Shown here in pieces: positions 55,580-64,000 of a stretch of 64,000 nt of DNA; positions within the stretch are counted from its first letter, which is position 1; the number at the start of each line of letters is the position of its first letter. Source of the stretch: Thermoplasmata archaeon (GTDB taxonomy: Archaea; Thermoplasmatota; E2; JACPAO01; JAHFTW01); the NCBI GenBank assembly GCA_034667725.1, contig JAXDQS010000003.1, positions 224,001 to 288,000 on the forward strand, written 5' to 3'. The translations under genes and the position numbers were made by a program. The notes below the pieces were generated by a model. The model worked only from the letters and a program-made list of their open reading frames with translations, was not told the DNA's origin and made no database searches.

Positions 55580-57763
55580 GTGGCCCTCCAGGAGCTCGGC
55601 ATCGACCCCCGCGTCGCCGCCGCCCTGGAGGCGCAAGGCATCCGGGACCTCTACCCGCCCCAGAAGGAGGCGTGGAAGGCGATCAAGGAGGGCCGCAACG
55701 CCTTGGTCGCGATCCCCACCGCGAGCGGCAAGTCGCTCATCGCGTACCTCGCCATCCTGCACCGCTGGCTTGCCACCGGCAAGAAGTCGCTCTACATCGT
55801 GCCGCTGCGGGCGCTGGCGTCGGAGAAGCACGAGGAATTGCAGGCGTTCAAGGCGCTCGGCGTCACCGTCGGCCTGGCCACCGGCGACCTCGACGACAAG
55901 GACCCGCGCCTCGGCCGGTTCGACGTCATCGTCTGCACCAGCGAGAAGGCCGACGCGCTGCTGCGGCACCGCACCGAGTGGACCCTCGACATCGGCTGCG
56001 TCGTCGTGGACGAGCTGCACCTCTTGAACGACGCCAGCCGCGGCCCCACCCTGGAGGTCATCCTCGCCCGCTTCCGCGCCTTGGTCCCCAAGTGCCAGGT
56101 GGTCGGCCTCAGCGCCACCGTCGCCAACGCCAAGGACCTGGCCGAGTGGCTCGACGCCAAGCTGGTGACGAGCGAATGGCGCCCCGTGCAACTCCACCTC
56201 GGCACCTACACCGGCGACCGCCTCGAGTTCCTCGGCCAGCCCGCCCGCCGCCTGGAGGCCGGCGGCGACCCGGTGGCGAGCCTGGCGGAGGACACCATCC
56301 GGACGGGCGGCCAATGCCTGGTGTTCGTCAGCACCCGCAAGTCCGCCGAGGCGCAGGCCACCAAGCTTGCCGGCCCGGTGCGCGCGCTGCTCTCGGCCGA
56401 CGAGCTGGCCCGCGTGGACGCGGCCGCCGCCGACCTGGACGGCGAGGACGGCTCCGCGGCCGGCAAGAAGCTCGCCAAGCTCGCCCGCGCCGGGGTCGCC
56501 TACCACACGGCCGGGCTGGACTCGGCGCAGCGCCGCTGGATCGAAGCCGCGTTCCGCAAAGGCCTCCTCAAGGTGCTGTGCGCGACCCCGACGCTGGCGG
56601 CCGGCGTCAACACGCCGGCCCGCCGCGTGGTGGTGCGCGACCTCAGCCGCTTCGAGATGGGCGAAGGCTCGCGGCCGCTGCCCGTGATGGAGGTCAAGCA
56701 GATGATGGGCCGCGCCGGCCGCCCGCGCTACGACCCCTACGGCGAGGCGGTGCTGCTCGCCAAGTCGCAGGAGCACAAGGAGGCCATCGAGGAGACCTAC
56801 CTGCGCGGCGAGGTCGAGCCCGTCACGTCGAAGCTGGCCGCCGAGTCGCCGCTCCGAATCCACGTCCTGGCCTCGATCGCCGGCGGCTACTGCTCGACCC
56901 CCGGCGAGCTGGAGGCGTTCTTCGGCCGCACCTTCTGGGCCCGCGAGACCTCCGACTGGAAGGTGCGCGACCGCATCGAGGACGTGCTGGCGTTCCTGCA
57001 GGACAACGATTTCGTCCACCCCCAAGGAACCCGCTTGAAGGCCAGCCCGTTCGGGGCGCGCACCAGCGATCTCTACATCGACCCCCTGTCCGCGCTCCGG
57101 CTCCGGGAGGCGCTCGAGTCCAAGGGCGAGCCGACGACGTTCGCCGTGCTGGAGGCGGTGTGCGGCTGCCCCGACCTGTTCCCGCTCTACCTCCGCCAAG
57201 GCGACGACTGGGTGCAGGAGCGCTTCTGGCAGCACCACGAGGAGATCCTGGTCGAGGCCGACGGCCGCGACCTTGAGTCCGCCATGAGCTACGCCAAGAC
57301 CGCGTTCCTGCTCACGGACTGGCTGCACGAACGCCCGATGGACGCGCTGGAGGAGCGCTACGCCGTCGGCCCCGGCGACGTCCGGATGCGCCTCGACGCC
57401 GCCGCCTGGCTGCTGCACGCCATGAAGGAACTGGCCCGCGTCATGCGCCCCGACTGGCAAGCCCCGCTCACCGACCTCACGCTGCAACTGGAGCACGGCG
57501 TCAAGCCGGAGCTGCTCCCCTTGATCCGCCTCAAGGGCATCGGCCGCGTCCGCGCCCGCACCCTCTGGAACGCCGGCTTCACCACACCCGCCAAGCTGCG
57601 CGGCACCCCCGTCGAGCGGCTCGCAAGCCTGCCCGGCTTCGGCGTCAAGCTCGCCCTCGACCTCCTGCGCCAGGTCGGCACCGCCGCGGCGGCCGTGCCC
57701 GAGCCGCCCGCCCCCACCCCGAAGGAGGCCGGCGGCCAATCCAGCCTCGGCCGGTGGTCCTGA
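55580..57763 (+). CDS. hel308: Hel308/Hjm Ski2-like DNA helicase
   Basis: LYPPQ, PTASGKS, DELH, LSAT, TPTLAAGVN.PA, QM.GRAGRP, LYIDP, HhH GIGRVRAR; PIP-like C-terminus QSSLGRW. Confidence 0.93.
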   Translation: MALQELGIDPRVAAALEAQGIRDLYPPQKEAWKAIKEGRNALVAIPTASGKSLIAYLAILHRWLATGKKSLYIVPLRALASEKHEELQAFKALGVTVGLATGDLDDKDPRLGRFDVIVCTSEKADALLRHRTEWTLDIGCVVVDELHLLNDASRGPTLEVILARFRALVPKCQVVGLSATVANAKDLAEWLDAKLVTSEWRPVQLHLGTYTGDRLEFLGQPARRLEAGGDPVASLAEDTIRTGGQCLVFVSTRKSAEAQATKLAGPVRALLSADELARVDAAAADLDGEDGSAAGKKLAKLARAGVAYHTAGLDSAQRRWIEAAFRKGLLKVLCATPTLAAGVNTPARRVVVRDLSRFEMGEGSRPLPVMEVKQMMGRAGRPRYDPYGEAVLLAKSQEHKEAIEETYLRGEVEPVTSKLAAESPLRIHVLASIAGGYCSTPGELEAFFGRTFWARETSDWKVRDRIEDVLAFLQDNDFVHPQGTRLKASPFGARTSDLYIDPLSALRLREALESKGEPTTFAVLEAVCGCPDLFPLYLRQGDDWVQERFWQHHEEILVEADGRDLESAMSYAKTAFLLTDWLHERPMDALEERYAVGPGDVRMRLDAAAWLLHAMKELARVMRPDWQAPLTDLTLQLEHGVKPELLPLIRLKGIGRVRARTLWNAGFTTPAKLRGTPVERLASLPGFGVKLALDLLRQVGTAAAAVPEPPAPTPKEAGGQSSLGRWS

Positions 57764-58263
57764 TGCACGGCGAGTTCGCCTGGGCCGGCGTCCTCGGCCC
57801 CCTCAGCCTGGAGGACCTTCTGTTCACGGCCGCCAAGTCGAACCGCATCGCGCCGCTGCAGGTCGTGCGCGCCGACCGCGTCGTCGGCGAAGCCCACCTC
57901 CGCTCCGCCGCCCTGCACGCCCAACGCGCCGAGCGCGAGGGCCGGATGCAGGCCAAGAGCCTGGAGGTCGAGTTCGTCCGCTACCTCGCCGGCGAGCGCC
58001 AGATCCGCGCCGCCCTCGCCAAGGTCGGCGTCGTGGATGGCGCCGCGGCCGGCGTCGTGGTCGGCCTCGGGCCGAAAGGGCACGACGCGGTGGCACACTT
58101 CGTCCATAGCCTGGGCTTGCGCACCGACGACGCCGTCGCGGCGGCCGACGAAGCGAAGCTGGCAGGATTCGGCGTGACCCCCGCGATGCGGGCCGCGACC
58201 TTGGGCGACCCGGCGGGCATCGTGCTGGAGATGGTGGCGATGGTGGACTTGATGCGGAGCTGA
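57763..58263 (+). CDS. cgi121: KEOPS complex subunit Cgi121
   Basis: H...A...A, SL.VE..RY.AG.RQI..A..K.G, LE..A; follows hel308. Confidence 0.8.
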   Translation: MHGEFAWAGVLGPLSLEDLLFTAAKSNRIAPLQVVRADRVVGEAHLRSAALHAQRAEREGRMQAKSLEVEFVRYLAGERQIRAALAKVGVVDGAAAGVVVGLGPKGHDAVAHFVHSLGLRTDDAVAAADEAKLAGFGVTPAMRAATLGDPAGIVLEMVAMVDLMRS

Positions 58264-58335
58264 ACGGGGTTCTTCGGCAGGTCGCCACCCCTCGGCCTTA
58301 TCGCCGCCCAACCGATCGCGGCCCGGCGACATCCC

Positions 58336-58863
58336 ATGGCTCCAACCACGACGCAAGGCAAGCAGGCCAGGCCGCCGGTCCAGGGCTTGGACGCCATCAC
58401 CCCATGCCTGTGGTTCGACGGCCAGGCCGAGGAGGCGGCGCGGTTCTACGTCTCCGTCTTCCCCGATTCCAGCCTCGACCGCGTCGTGCCATCGCCCAGC
58501 GACTACCCGGCGGGCAAGAAGGGCGACACCGTCGTCGTCGACTTCACGCTCATGGGACGCAAGTTCATGGCCCTCAACGGCGGCCCCTACTTCCGCTTGA
58601 ACGAGGCCGTCTCCTTCGTCGTGCCCTGCAAGGACCAGGCCGAGGTGGACCGCTACTGGAAGGCCCTGTCCGCCGTGCCGGAGGCCGAGCAATGTGGCTG
58701 GCTCAAGGACAAGTTCGGCGCCTCGTGGCAGATCGTCCCCAACCGCATGTTCGAGCTGCTGATGGACCCGGACCCCAAGAGGGCGGCGCGGGCGTACCAG
58801 GCCATGATGGACATGAAGAAGCTCGACGTCGCCGCGTTGGAGCGCGCCGCCAACGGAAGGTAG
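58336..58863 (+). CDS. VOC/glyoxalase-like protein (PhnB/3-dmu-9_3-mt family)
   Basis: ITPCLWFDGQAEEAA.FY, LNGGP.F..NEA.S, CGWLKDKFG.SWQ.VP. Confidence 0.88.
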   Translation: MAPTTTQGKQARPPVQGLDAITPCLWFDGQAEEAARFYVSVFPDSSLDRVVPSPSDYPAGKKGDTVVVDFTLMGRKFMALNGGPYFRLNEAVSFVVPCKDQAEVDRYWKALSAVPEAEQCGWLKDKFGASWQIVPNRMFELLMDPDPKRAARAYQAMMDMKKLDVAALERAANGR

Positions 58864-58968
58864 CGTCGAGGCCCTCGCGCTTATGTAGGGGACGCAAGTG
58901 GCCGACCCTGCGTCCCTCTGTGGCGGCCGCCTCTCCGCAAGGTGGCTCCCAACGCCAAAGAAGGACCT

Positions 58969-59042
58969 GGGCCCATGGGGTAGCTTGGATATCCTTTAGG
59001 CTTGCGGAGCCTGCGACGAGGGTTCGAATCCCTCTGGGCCCG
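58969..59042 (+). tRNA. tRNA-Arg(GCG)
   Basis: GGGCCCA/TGGGCCC acceptor stem, anticodon loop TT-GCG-GA, GTTCGAATC. A GCG anticodon is typical of archaea. Confidence 0.93.
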
Positions 59043-59052
59043 CTTCATCCGG

Positions 59053-60474
59053 TCAGGGCTTCGAGCGCTTGGCCTTCCTGCGCTCCGGCGCCCGCAACGC
59101 CTCGGCGATGAACGACGCCGCGTGCGCGAACGCGCGCAGGCCGGCGACCGAGGACATGGATTGGACTTCGCGGCGCATGGCGCGCACCATCTCGGACACG
59201 TGCCGGACTTCGGGTTCGGCCATGCGGGCGACGATGGGCAGCGACGCCAGGGCGGCCGCCGCGGAGGCGAAGGCCAGGAAATGGAAGCCGCGCAGGCCCC
59301 AGGCGGCGTCGCCCCACAAGGGGATTTGCACGAGGACGCCGGTGCCGATCTCGCGCCACACGAAGGCGGCCGTGAGGGTGGTGACGCCGGCGACGGCGGC
59401 GCGGGTGATGCCGAAGGCGGCCAGGTGGGCGGGCGCGGCGCCGGGGGGCGCGGTCTTCAGCAGCAGGTTGCTGGTGGTCAGCTCCAGTCCGGCGACGGCG
59501 GCGCCGGTGGCGACGTGCAGCAGGAGCAGGTGGACGTAGAGGCCGGGGCCTTGGGGCCATTCGATGCCCCAGCCCACCATGGTGAGCGCGAGCAGCACGG
59601 TGGAGAGCTGCATGACGGGGCGGTTGCCGTAGTGGTCGGAGAAGCGGCCCCAGGCGCGCAGCACGAGGATGTAGGCGAGCAGGTTGGCGAGCGTGAGGAC
59701 GGTGACGGCGAGGAACGAGAACCCGAGGCTGCGCAGCAGGTACACGGCGGTGAAGGGCAGCGCGGTGCTGACGGCGACGGCGAGGAGGCCGAGGGCGAGG
59801 ACGATGCGCGGGTTGCCGGGGGCGCGCAGGTTGCGCAGGATGGCGCGGGTGGCGCCTTGGACTTGCGCGGGCTGGAGCGCGGGCGGGGTGCCCTTCGGGG
59901 TGCGGGCGAGGATGGCGATGCTGACGAAGCCGGCGCCGGCGGCGGCCCAGTAGAGCAGCGCGTAGGCTTGGGTGGCGGGGCCGACGGCGCTCCAGGCGTC
60001 GAGGAACCAGGCTCCGGCAAGCAGCGCGGCGGCGCCGACGGCGGTGGTGGCCTGCATCCGGGCGGCGAAGAACCGGCCGAGGCGGCGGGGCTCCAGCAGG
60101 TCGCGCATCCAGGTGTTCCAGGCGGCGGTGGCGACCACGGTGAACACGGCGGCGACGGCGAGCAGCACGATGAGGATGGTCGGCGTGACCTTGCCGAGCA
60201 GGATGACGCCGGCCAGGACGGCGAGGAGGGCGCGGCTGGCGGCGCAGAAGGCGACGACGATGCCGCGGCGGCTCTGGAAGCGGGCCATGAGGTGGACGGC
60301 GGGCAGCTGCGCGACCTGGGCCAAGAACGGCAGGGCGGCCAGGATGCCGATCTCGAAGTTGTCGGCGCCGGCCAGGAGGGCGAGGCCGGCGAGGAAGACG
60401 CCGCCGGTCCAGGCGTCCATGAGGCGGCTGAAGGCGCCGTCGAGCATGACGAGCCGCTCGGCCTGCGACCGCAC
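59053..60474 (-). CDS. MFS transporter
   Basis: About 12 TM segments; W..W..DL...R.GR.F..R and WGR.SD..G.R motifs. Confidence 0.85.
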   Translation of the reverse strand: MRSQAERLVMLDGAFSRLMDAWTGGVFLAGLALLAGADNFEIGILAALPFLAQVAQLPAVHLMARFQSRRGIVVAFCAASRALLAVLAGVILLGKVTPTILIVLLAVAAVFTVVATAAWNTWMRDLLEPRRLGRFFAARMQATTAVGAAALLAGAWFLDAWSAVGPATQAYALLYWAAAGAGFVSIAILARTPKGTPPALQPAQVQGATRAILRNLRAPGNPRIVLALGLLAVAVSTALPFTAVYLLRSLGFSFLAVTVLTLANLLAYILVLRAWGRFSDHYGNRPVMQLSTVLLALTMVGWGIEWPQGPGLYVHLLLLHVATGAAVAGLELTTSNLLLKTAPPGAAPAHLAAFGITRAAVAGVTTLTAAFVWREIGTGVLVQIPLWGDAAWGLRGFHFLAFASAAAALASLPIVARMAEPEVRHVSEMVRAMRREVQSMSSVAGLRAFAHAASFIAEALRAPERRKAKRSKP

Positions 60475-60560
60475 GCTCCCGCAAGGGCGCGGGGGTCTTC
60501 AGGGTGGGGGCCGAGGTGCCGCGGCCAAAGGCCTTGAAGGCGTGGGGCCGATTGGAGGCC

Positions 60561-60716
60561 ATGGCCGACAAGGGAATCCTGGACGCATGGTGCCCGGAGT
60601 GCGTCGAGGTCCGCAAGCACAAGCTGCTGGACCCGGGCTCCTGCCAATGCACGGTGTGCGGCCACGTCGAGCAGATGACCCGGCCGCTCAAGCCCGGCGA
60701 GGAAGTCCAGGCGTAG
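60561..60716 (+). CDS. small zinc-ribbon protein
   Basis: 51 aa, CPEC...CQCTVCGH; GGAGG upstream. Confidence 0.6.
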   Translation: MADKGILDAWCPECVEVRKHKLLDPGSCQCTVCGHVEQMTRPLKPGEEVQA

Positions 60717-61167
60717 CGGGCCGCGCCCGCTCGGCGGCGCGCTGCACGCGGCGGCTGAGGGCGGCCACGTCGAACGGCTTGTGGACGACGTGGACGCCGA
60801 CGGCGCCAGCCTCGTCGGCAAGCGCGCGGTCGCCGAACGCGGTCACGAGGAACGCGGCGCGGCAGCGGCCGCGGGCGCGCAGGTCGTGGGCGAGCGCGAG
60901 GCCGTCCATGTCGGGCAGGCGGTAGTCGGTCACGAGCACGTCGAAGCGGCCCTCGTGGGCCAGCCGCAGTGCGCCGGCGCCGCTGTCGGCGGCGCGCACC
61001 TGGAATCCGGGCAGCATCGCCGTGAACGCGTCCACCAGCGCATCGCGGATGTCCTCGTCGTCGTCCACCACGAGGACGCGGCCGGCGTGCGTGGCCGCCG
61101 TGGCCTCGGCCTGCGGCTCCGGATGCACCAGCTCGGCGACCCCGAACGGCTCCAGCGGCTCGGTCAT
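60688..61167 (-). CDS. stand-alone response regulator (REC only)
   Basis: VLVVDDD, VTDYRLPDMDG, VTA, KPF; ATGA coupled to the kinase. Confidence 0.88.
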   Translation of the reverse strand: MTEPLEPFGVAELVHPEPQAEATAATHAGRVLVVDDDEDIRDALVDAFTAMLPGFQVRAADSGAGALRLAHEGRFDVLVTDYRLPDMDGLALAHDLRARGRCRAAFLVTAFGDRALADEAGAVGVHVVHKPFDVAALSRRVQRAAERARPATPGLPRRA

Positions 61168-62531
61168 TGCGCCGCCTCCGGGGGCGGGCTGTTGGGCAGG
61201 CGCACGGTGAAGGTCGCGCCTTGGTCGGGGCCGGGGCTGTCGACGGCGACGGCGCCGCCGTGCTCGCCGATGATGCCGTGCGTGATGTAGAGCCCGAGGC
61301 CGCTGCCGCCGTTGCTGGCCTCTTGGCCGTGCACCTGCGTGAACGGCTGGAACAGGCGGTCGCGTTGCGCCGTCGTGAGGCCGCGGCCGGTGTCGGACAC
61401 TTGCAGGATGGTCTCGTTGGGGGCCTGGTCGAGGCGGACCCGGACGATGCCGCCGGCGGGCGTGAACTTCAGGGCGTTCGAGATCAAGTTGGTCACCACT
61501 TGGAGGAGGCGGTCGGAGTCGCCGTGGAGCCATGTCGGGCCGGCGCATTCGACCAGGAGCCGGATGCCTTTGCTGCGCGCCTGGGCGTCGTGCCGCTCGA
61601 TGGCCTCCGCCAGGACCTCGGCGAGGTCGACGGGCTCGCGCCGTGTCCGCAGCTGCACCGCCTGCACGCGGGCCGCGTCGAGCACGTCCTCGACCAGCTT
61701 CTGCAGCCGCGCCATGCCCTTGCGGGCCGCGCGCACGGCCTTGAGCTGCCCCGGCGGCGCGTCCGCGCCCAACAGCGCCTCCAGGAGGTCGAGGTGGATG
61801 ACGATCGGCGTCATGGGGGTCTTGAGCTCGTGCGCGGCGACGTTGATGAAGCGCGCGCGGAACTCGTCCATGAGCCGCAGCCGCTCGGCCTCGGAGGCCT
61901 CGCCGGCGCGGCGCCGGTGCTCGGTCACGTCGCGCACGGTCCCCACGACGCGGACGGCGGCGCCTTCGGCGTCGCGCACCACGCGCCGCTGCGACTGCAG
62001 GCTGCGCACCTCGCCGTCGCTGCGCCGGATGCGGTAGTCCACCGCGCTCTCGTCGGGGCCGCCGGGCGCCATGGCGGAGCGCAGGCGGGCCCGGTCCTCC
62101 GGCAGCACGGCGGAGGCCAACTGGGCGTCGGCGGGCCGGGGCTGGTCCGGGTCGTAGCCGTAGATGCGCAGCATCTCGCGGCTGAGCTCGGTGCGCCCGG
62201 AGGCCGCCGAGTACTCCCAGCTCCCGGTGCCGCTGACCGCCTGCGCCTCCTCCAGCGGCACCGTGCCGGCCGGCAGCACGGCCAAGACGTGGCCGCCGCC
62301 CGCCGCCGGCGTCGCGGCGGCCTCCAGCGCCACCGAGGCGCCGCCCGGCAGGCGCAGCCGGCCCTGCCAGCGCGGGCCGCTGGGCGGCGGGTCGAGGCGG
62401 CCGCCGTCCGGCCGGCGCCCGACCATCCGGGCCAGGGCGGCGTTGCCGGACTGGACGACGTGGTCGGCGTCGGTGCGAAGGACAGGCAGGGGAAGCGCCT
62501 CGAGGATGCGCGCGGCGTCCAAGGGGTCCAC
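61164..62531 (-). CDS. PAS-domain sensor histidine kinase
   Basis: PAS domain (GSWEY), AHELKTP, NLISNALKFT, DTG.G, GSGLGL. Confidence 0.9.
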   Translation of the reverse strand: MDPLDAARILEALPLPVLRTDADHVVQSGNAALARMVGRRPDGGRLDPPPSGPRWQGRLRLPGGASVALEAAATPAAGGGHVLAVLPAGTVPLEEAQAVSGTGSWEYSAASGRTELSREMLRIYGYDPDQPRPADAQLASAVLPEDRARLRSAMAPGGPDESAVDYRIRRSDGEVRSLQSQRRVVRDAEGAAVRVVGTVRDVTEHRRRAGEASEAERLRLMDEFRARFINVAAHELKTPMTPIVIHLDLLEALLGADAPPGQLKAVRAARKGMARLQKLVEDVLDAARVQAVQLRTRREPVDLAEVLAEAIERHDAQARSKGIRLLVECAGPTWLHGDSDRLLQVVTNLISNALKFTPAGGIVRVRLDQAPNETILQVSDTGRGLTTAQRDRLFQPFTQVHGQEASNGGSGLGLYITHGIIGEHGGAVAVDSPGPDQGATFTVRLPNSPPPEAAQ

Positions 62532-62662
62532 GGCCCTGCCACAACGATGGACCCATCGTGATGATTATGCGGGGTTTCGGCGTTGACGAAACGGCCCGAG
62601 GGATTCTTGGGCTGGAGGGGGGCCGCGCCACGGTTATGAGGCGCCCCCGTGTCGCCGGCCCG

Positions 62663-63715
62663 ATGCATCTGCGGACGGCGCTCTACGACACCCACGCGGC
62701 GGCAGGCGCCACCTTCGTCGAGTTCGCCGGCCACGACATGCCGGTCCACTACGGCAGCATCAAGGAAGAGCACGCCGCCGTCCGCGCCAGCGCCGGCCTG
62801 TTCGACGTCTCGCACATGAGCAACCTCTGGGTGTCCGGGCCCACCGCCGCCAAGGCGCTCGCCCGCACCACGCCCACCGACCCTGAATCGGTTCCGGTCG
62901 GGAAGGGCAAGTACACCGTCTTCCTGCGCGACGACGGCACCATCCTCGACGACGCGTTCTACTTCCGCGCCGAGCCCGACCGCTACTTCGTGGTCCCCAA
63001 CGCGGGCCGCAACGTCGCCGTGCTGGAGCACCTGTCGGCCAACGGCGCCAAGGACGTCGAGGACGTCACCCGCGCCTGGAGCATCCTCGCCCTGCAAGGG
63101 CCCAAGGCCAAGGAGGTCCTCGCCGCCGCCTCCGCATCGGCGCCCCCCAAGTTCCACCACCTCGCCACCATGGAGGTCGCGGGCGTCCAGGTCCTCGCCT
63201 CCGGCACCGGCTACACCGGCGAGAAGGGCTGCGAGCTCTACGTCCCGTTCGCGGACACCAAGAAAGTGTGGGACCACCTCATGCACGCCGGCAAGCCCCA
63301 GGGCCTGCGCCCCATCGGCCTCGGCGCCCGCGACACGCTGCGGCTGGAGAAGGGCTACTGCCTCGCAGGCAACGAGTTCGCCGGCGGCCGCACCCCCATC
63401 GAGGCCGGCCTGGAGTGGACCATGGGCTGGGACGGCGACTTTCTCGGCAAGTCCCGCCTGCTGCGCCAGAAGGAGCAGGGCGACCACCTCCGCCTGGTCG
63501 GCCTCACCCAGGAAAAGGGCATCCCGCGCCACGGCTACGGGATTCTGAAGGAAGGCCAGAGCATCGGCACCGTCACGAGCGGCACCCTCAGCCCCACGCT
63601 GGGCGTCGGGATCGCGCTGGGCTACGTCAAGGGCGTCGAGGTCGGCGACGAAGTGGCCGTCGACGTGCGCGGCAAGGCGATGCAGGCGATAGTCGTGAAG
63701 ACGCCGTTTTTGTAG
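62663..63715 (+). CDS. gcvT: glycine cleavage system aminomethyltransferase T
   Basis: F.G..MPV.Y, EH.AVR..AGLFDVSHM, ALQGP, GYTGE.G.E, GLGARDTLRLE.G. Confidence 0.93.
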   Translation: MHLRTALYDTHAAAGATFVEFAGHDMPVHYGSIKEEHAAVRASAGLFDVSHMSNLWVSGPTAAKALARTTPTDPESVPVGKGKYTVFLRDDGTILDDAFYFRAEPDRYFVVPNAGRNVAVLEHLSANGAKDVEDVTRAWSILALQGPKAKEVLAAASASAPPKFHHLATMEVAGVQVLASGTGYTGEKGCELYVPFADTKKVWDHLMHAGKPQGLRPIGLGARDTLRLEKGYCLAGNEFAGGRTPIEAGLEWTMGWDGDFLGKSRLLRQKEQGDHLRLVGLTQEKGIPRHGYGILKEGQSIGTVTSGTLSPTLGVGIALGYVKGVEVGDEVAVDVRGKAMQAIVVKTPFL

Positions 63716-63730
63716 AATTTACCTGAAAAA

Positions 63731-64000
63731 TTAGCGGTTTAACTTGGCCAACGTGGTGCGTCCTTCTGCTGCATTTTCCAGGCTTTGGCGCAACCTACCT
63801 AAACCTAGGCATTCCCTCAGCATATCGCAATAAATATGTGCAACCCATTGATTGAATGGGAAATCAAGTTGAGGCGTAAAACCATTATGAATAATTTTAC
63901 TTCGCAGCCCAAGCAGTCGGCCCAACGGAATAACCTCTTCCAACCGGTCAAGCGGCAAATCCAAGGCGGCTGCAATTATCTTTTTATGTACAGCGATATT
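63731..64000 (-). CDS. partial low-GC ORF with HEPN-like RxxxxH motif (5' end outside the window)
   Basis: Frame stays open to position 64000; contains LRSKIIHNG; abrupt drop in GC after the gcvT stop. Confidence 0.5.
   Translation of the reverse strand, partial: NIAVHKKIIAAALDLPLDRLEEVIPLGRLLGLRSKIIHNGFTPQLDFPFNQWVAHIYCDMLRECLGLGRLRQSLENAAEGRTTLAKLNR

Noticed and set aside
58336-58863. Ubiquinone biosynthesis (3-demethylubiquinone-9 methyltransferase label)
   Set aside because: The family name is misleading; this is a VOC-fold protein with no SAM-binding motif.
1-64000. Bacterial origin (archaeal-like lipid genes in a bacterium) or haloarchaeal origin
   Set aside because: Cgi121, Hel308, tRNA-Arg(GCG), archaeal-type rnpB and TATA/leaderless starts indicate Archaea. 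Cytoplasmic proteins lack the acidic bias of haloarchaea.

Overview
This is a very GC-rich, densely coding chromosomal segment of an archaeon. The archaeal markers are an ether-lipid gene set (GGR, DGGGP synthase, group II GGGP synthase, EgsA), Hel308, Cgi121, an archaeal-type RNase P RNA, tRNA-Arg(GCG), an exo/archaeosortase and TATA-like boxes about 25-30 nt before apparently leaderless starts. The proteome is not acidic, which argues against haloarchaea; an uncultured high-GC Thermoplasmatota-like lineage is my inference. Housekeeping content includes rnpB, tRNA-Pro(TGG), tRNA-His(GTG), tRNA-Arg(GCG), a lipid/isoprenoid operon, egsA, hel308-cgi121 and gcvT. Four loci stand out. (1) A translationally coupled iaaA-cphB-cphA cyanophycin synthesis and recycling operon with a divergent wHTH regulator, a pathway I know only from bacteria. 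(2) An ~18 kb surface-glycan locus with GT-C, 2xGT2, 2xGT4, a flippase, an NTase/phosphodiesterase pair and two FG-GAP propellers (one with three expansin/CBM63-like domains), built around a dedicated sortase and its adjacent IPDLP-CTERM substrate, with a shared palindromic operator candidate. (3) An actinobacterial-type egtB-egtC/egtD ergothioneine cluster that lacks egtA/egtE and sits back-to-back with an atypical thiol dioxygenase and an acyl-CoA-dehydrogenase-fold gene. (4) A tandem duplication of a secreted Ca-binding-repeat protein with a swapped Cys-bounded loop. Minor signals include REP-like 9-mer palindromes, a tRNA-Pro att-like scar, an unlisted 55-aa Zn-finger ORF and a low-GC HEPN-like ORF at the right edge. 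All functional calls come from motif recognition by eye; no searches were run. Many long ORFs in the supplied track are GC-rich shadow frames, and starts were trimmed by eye.
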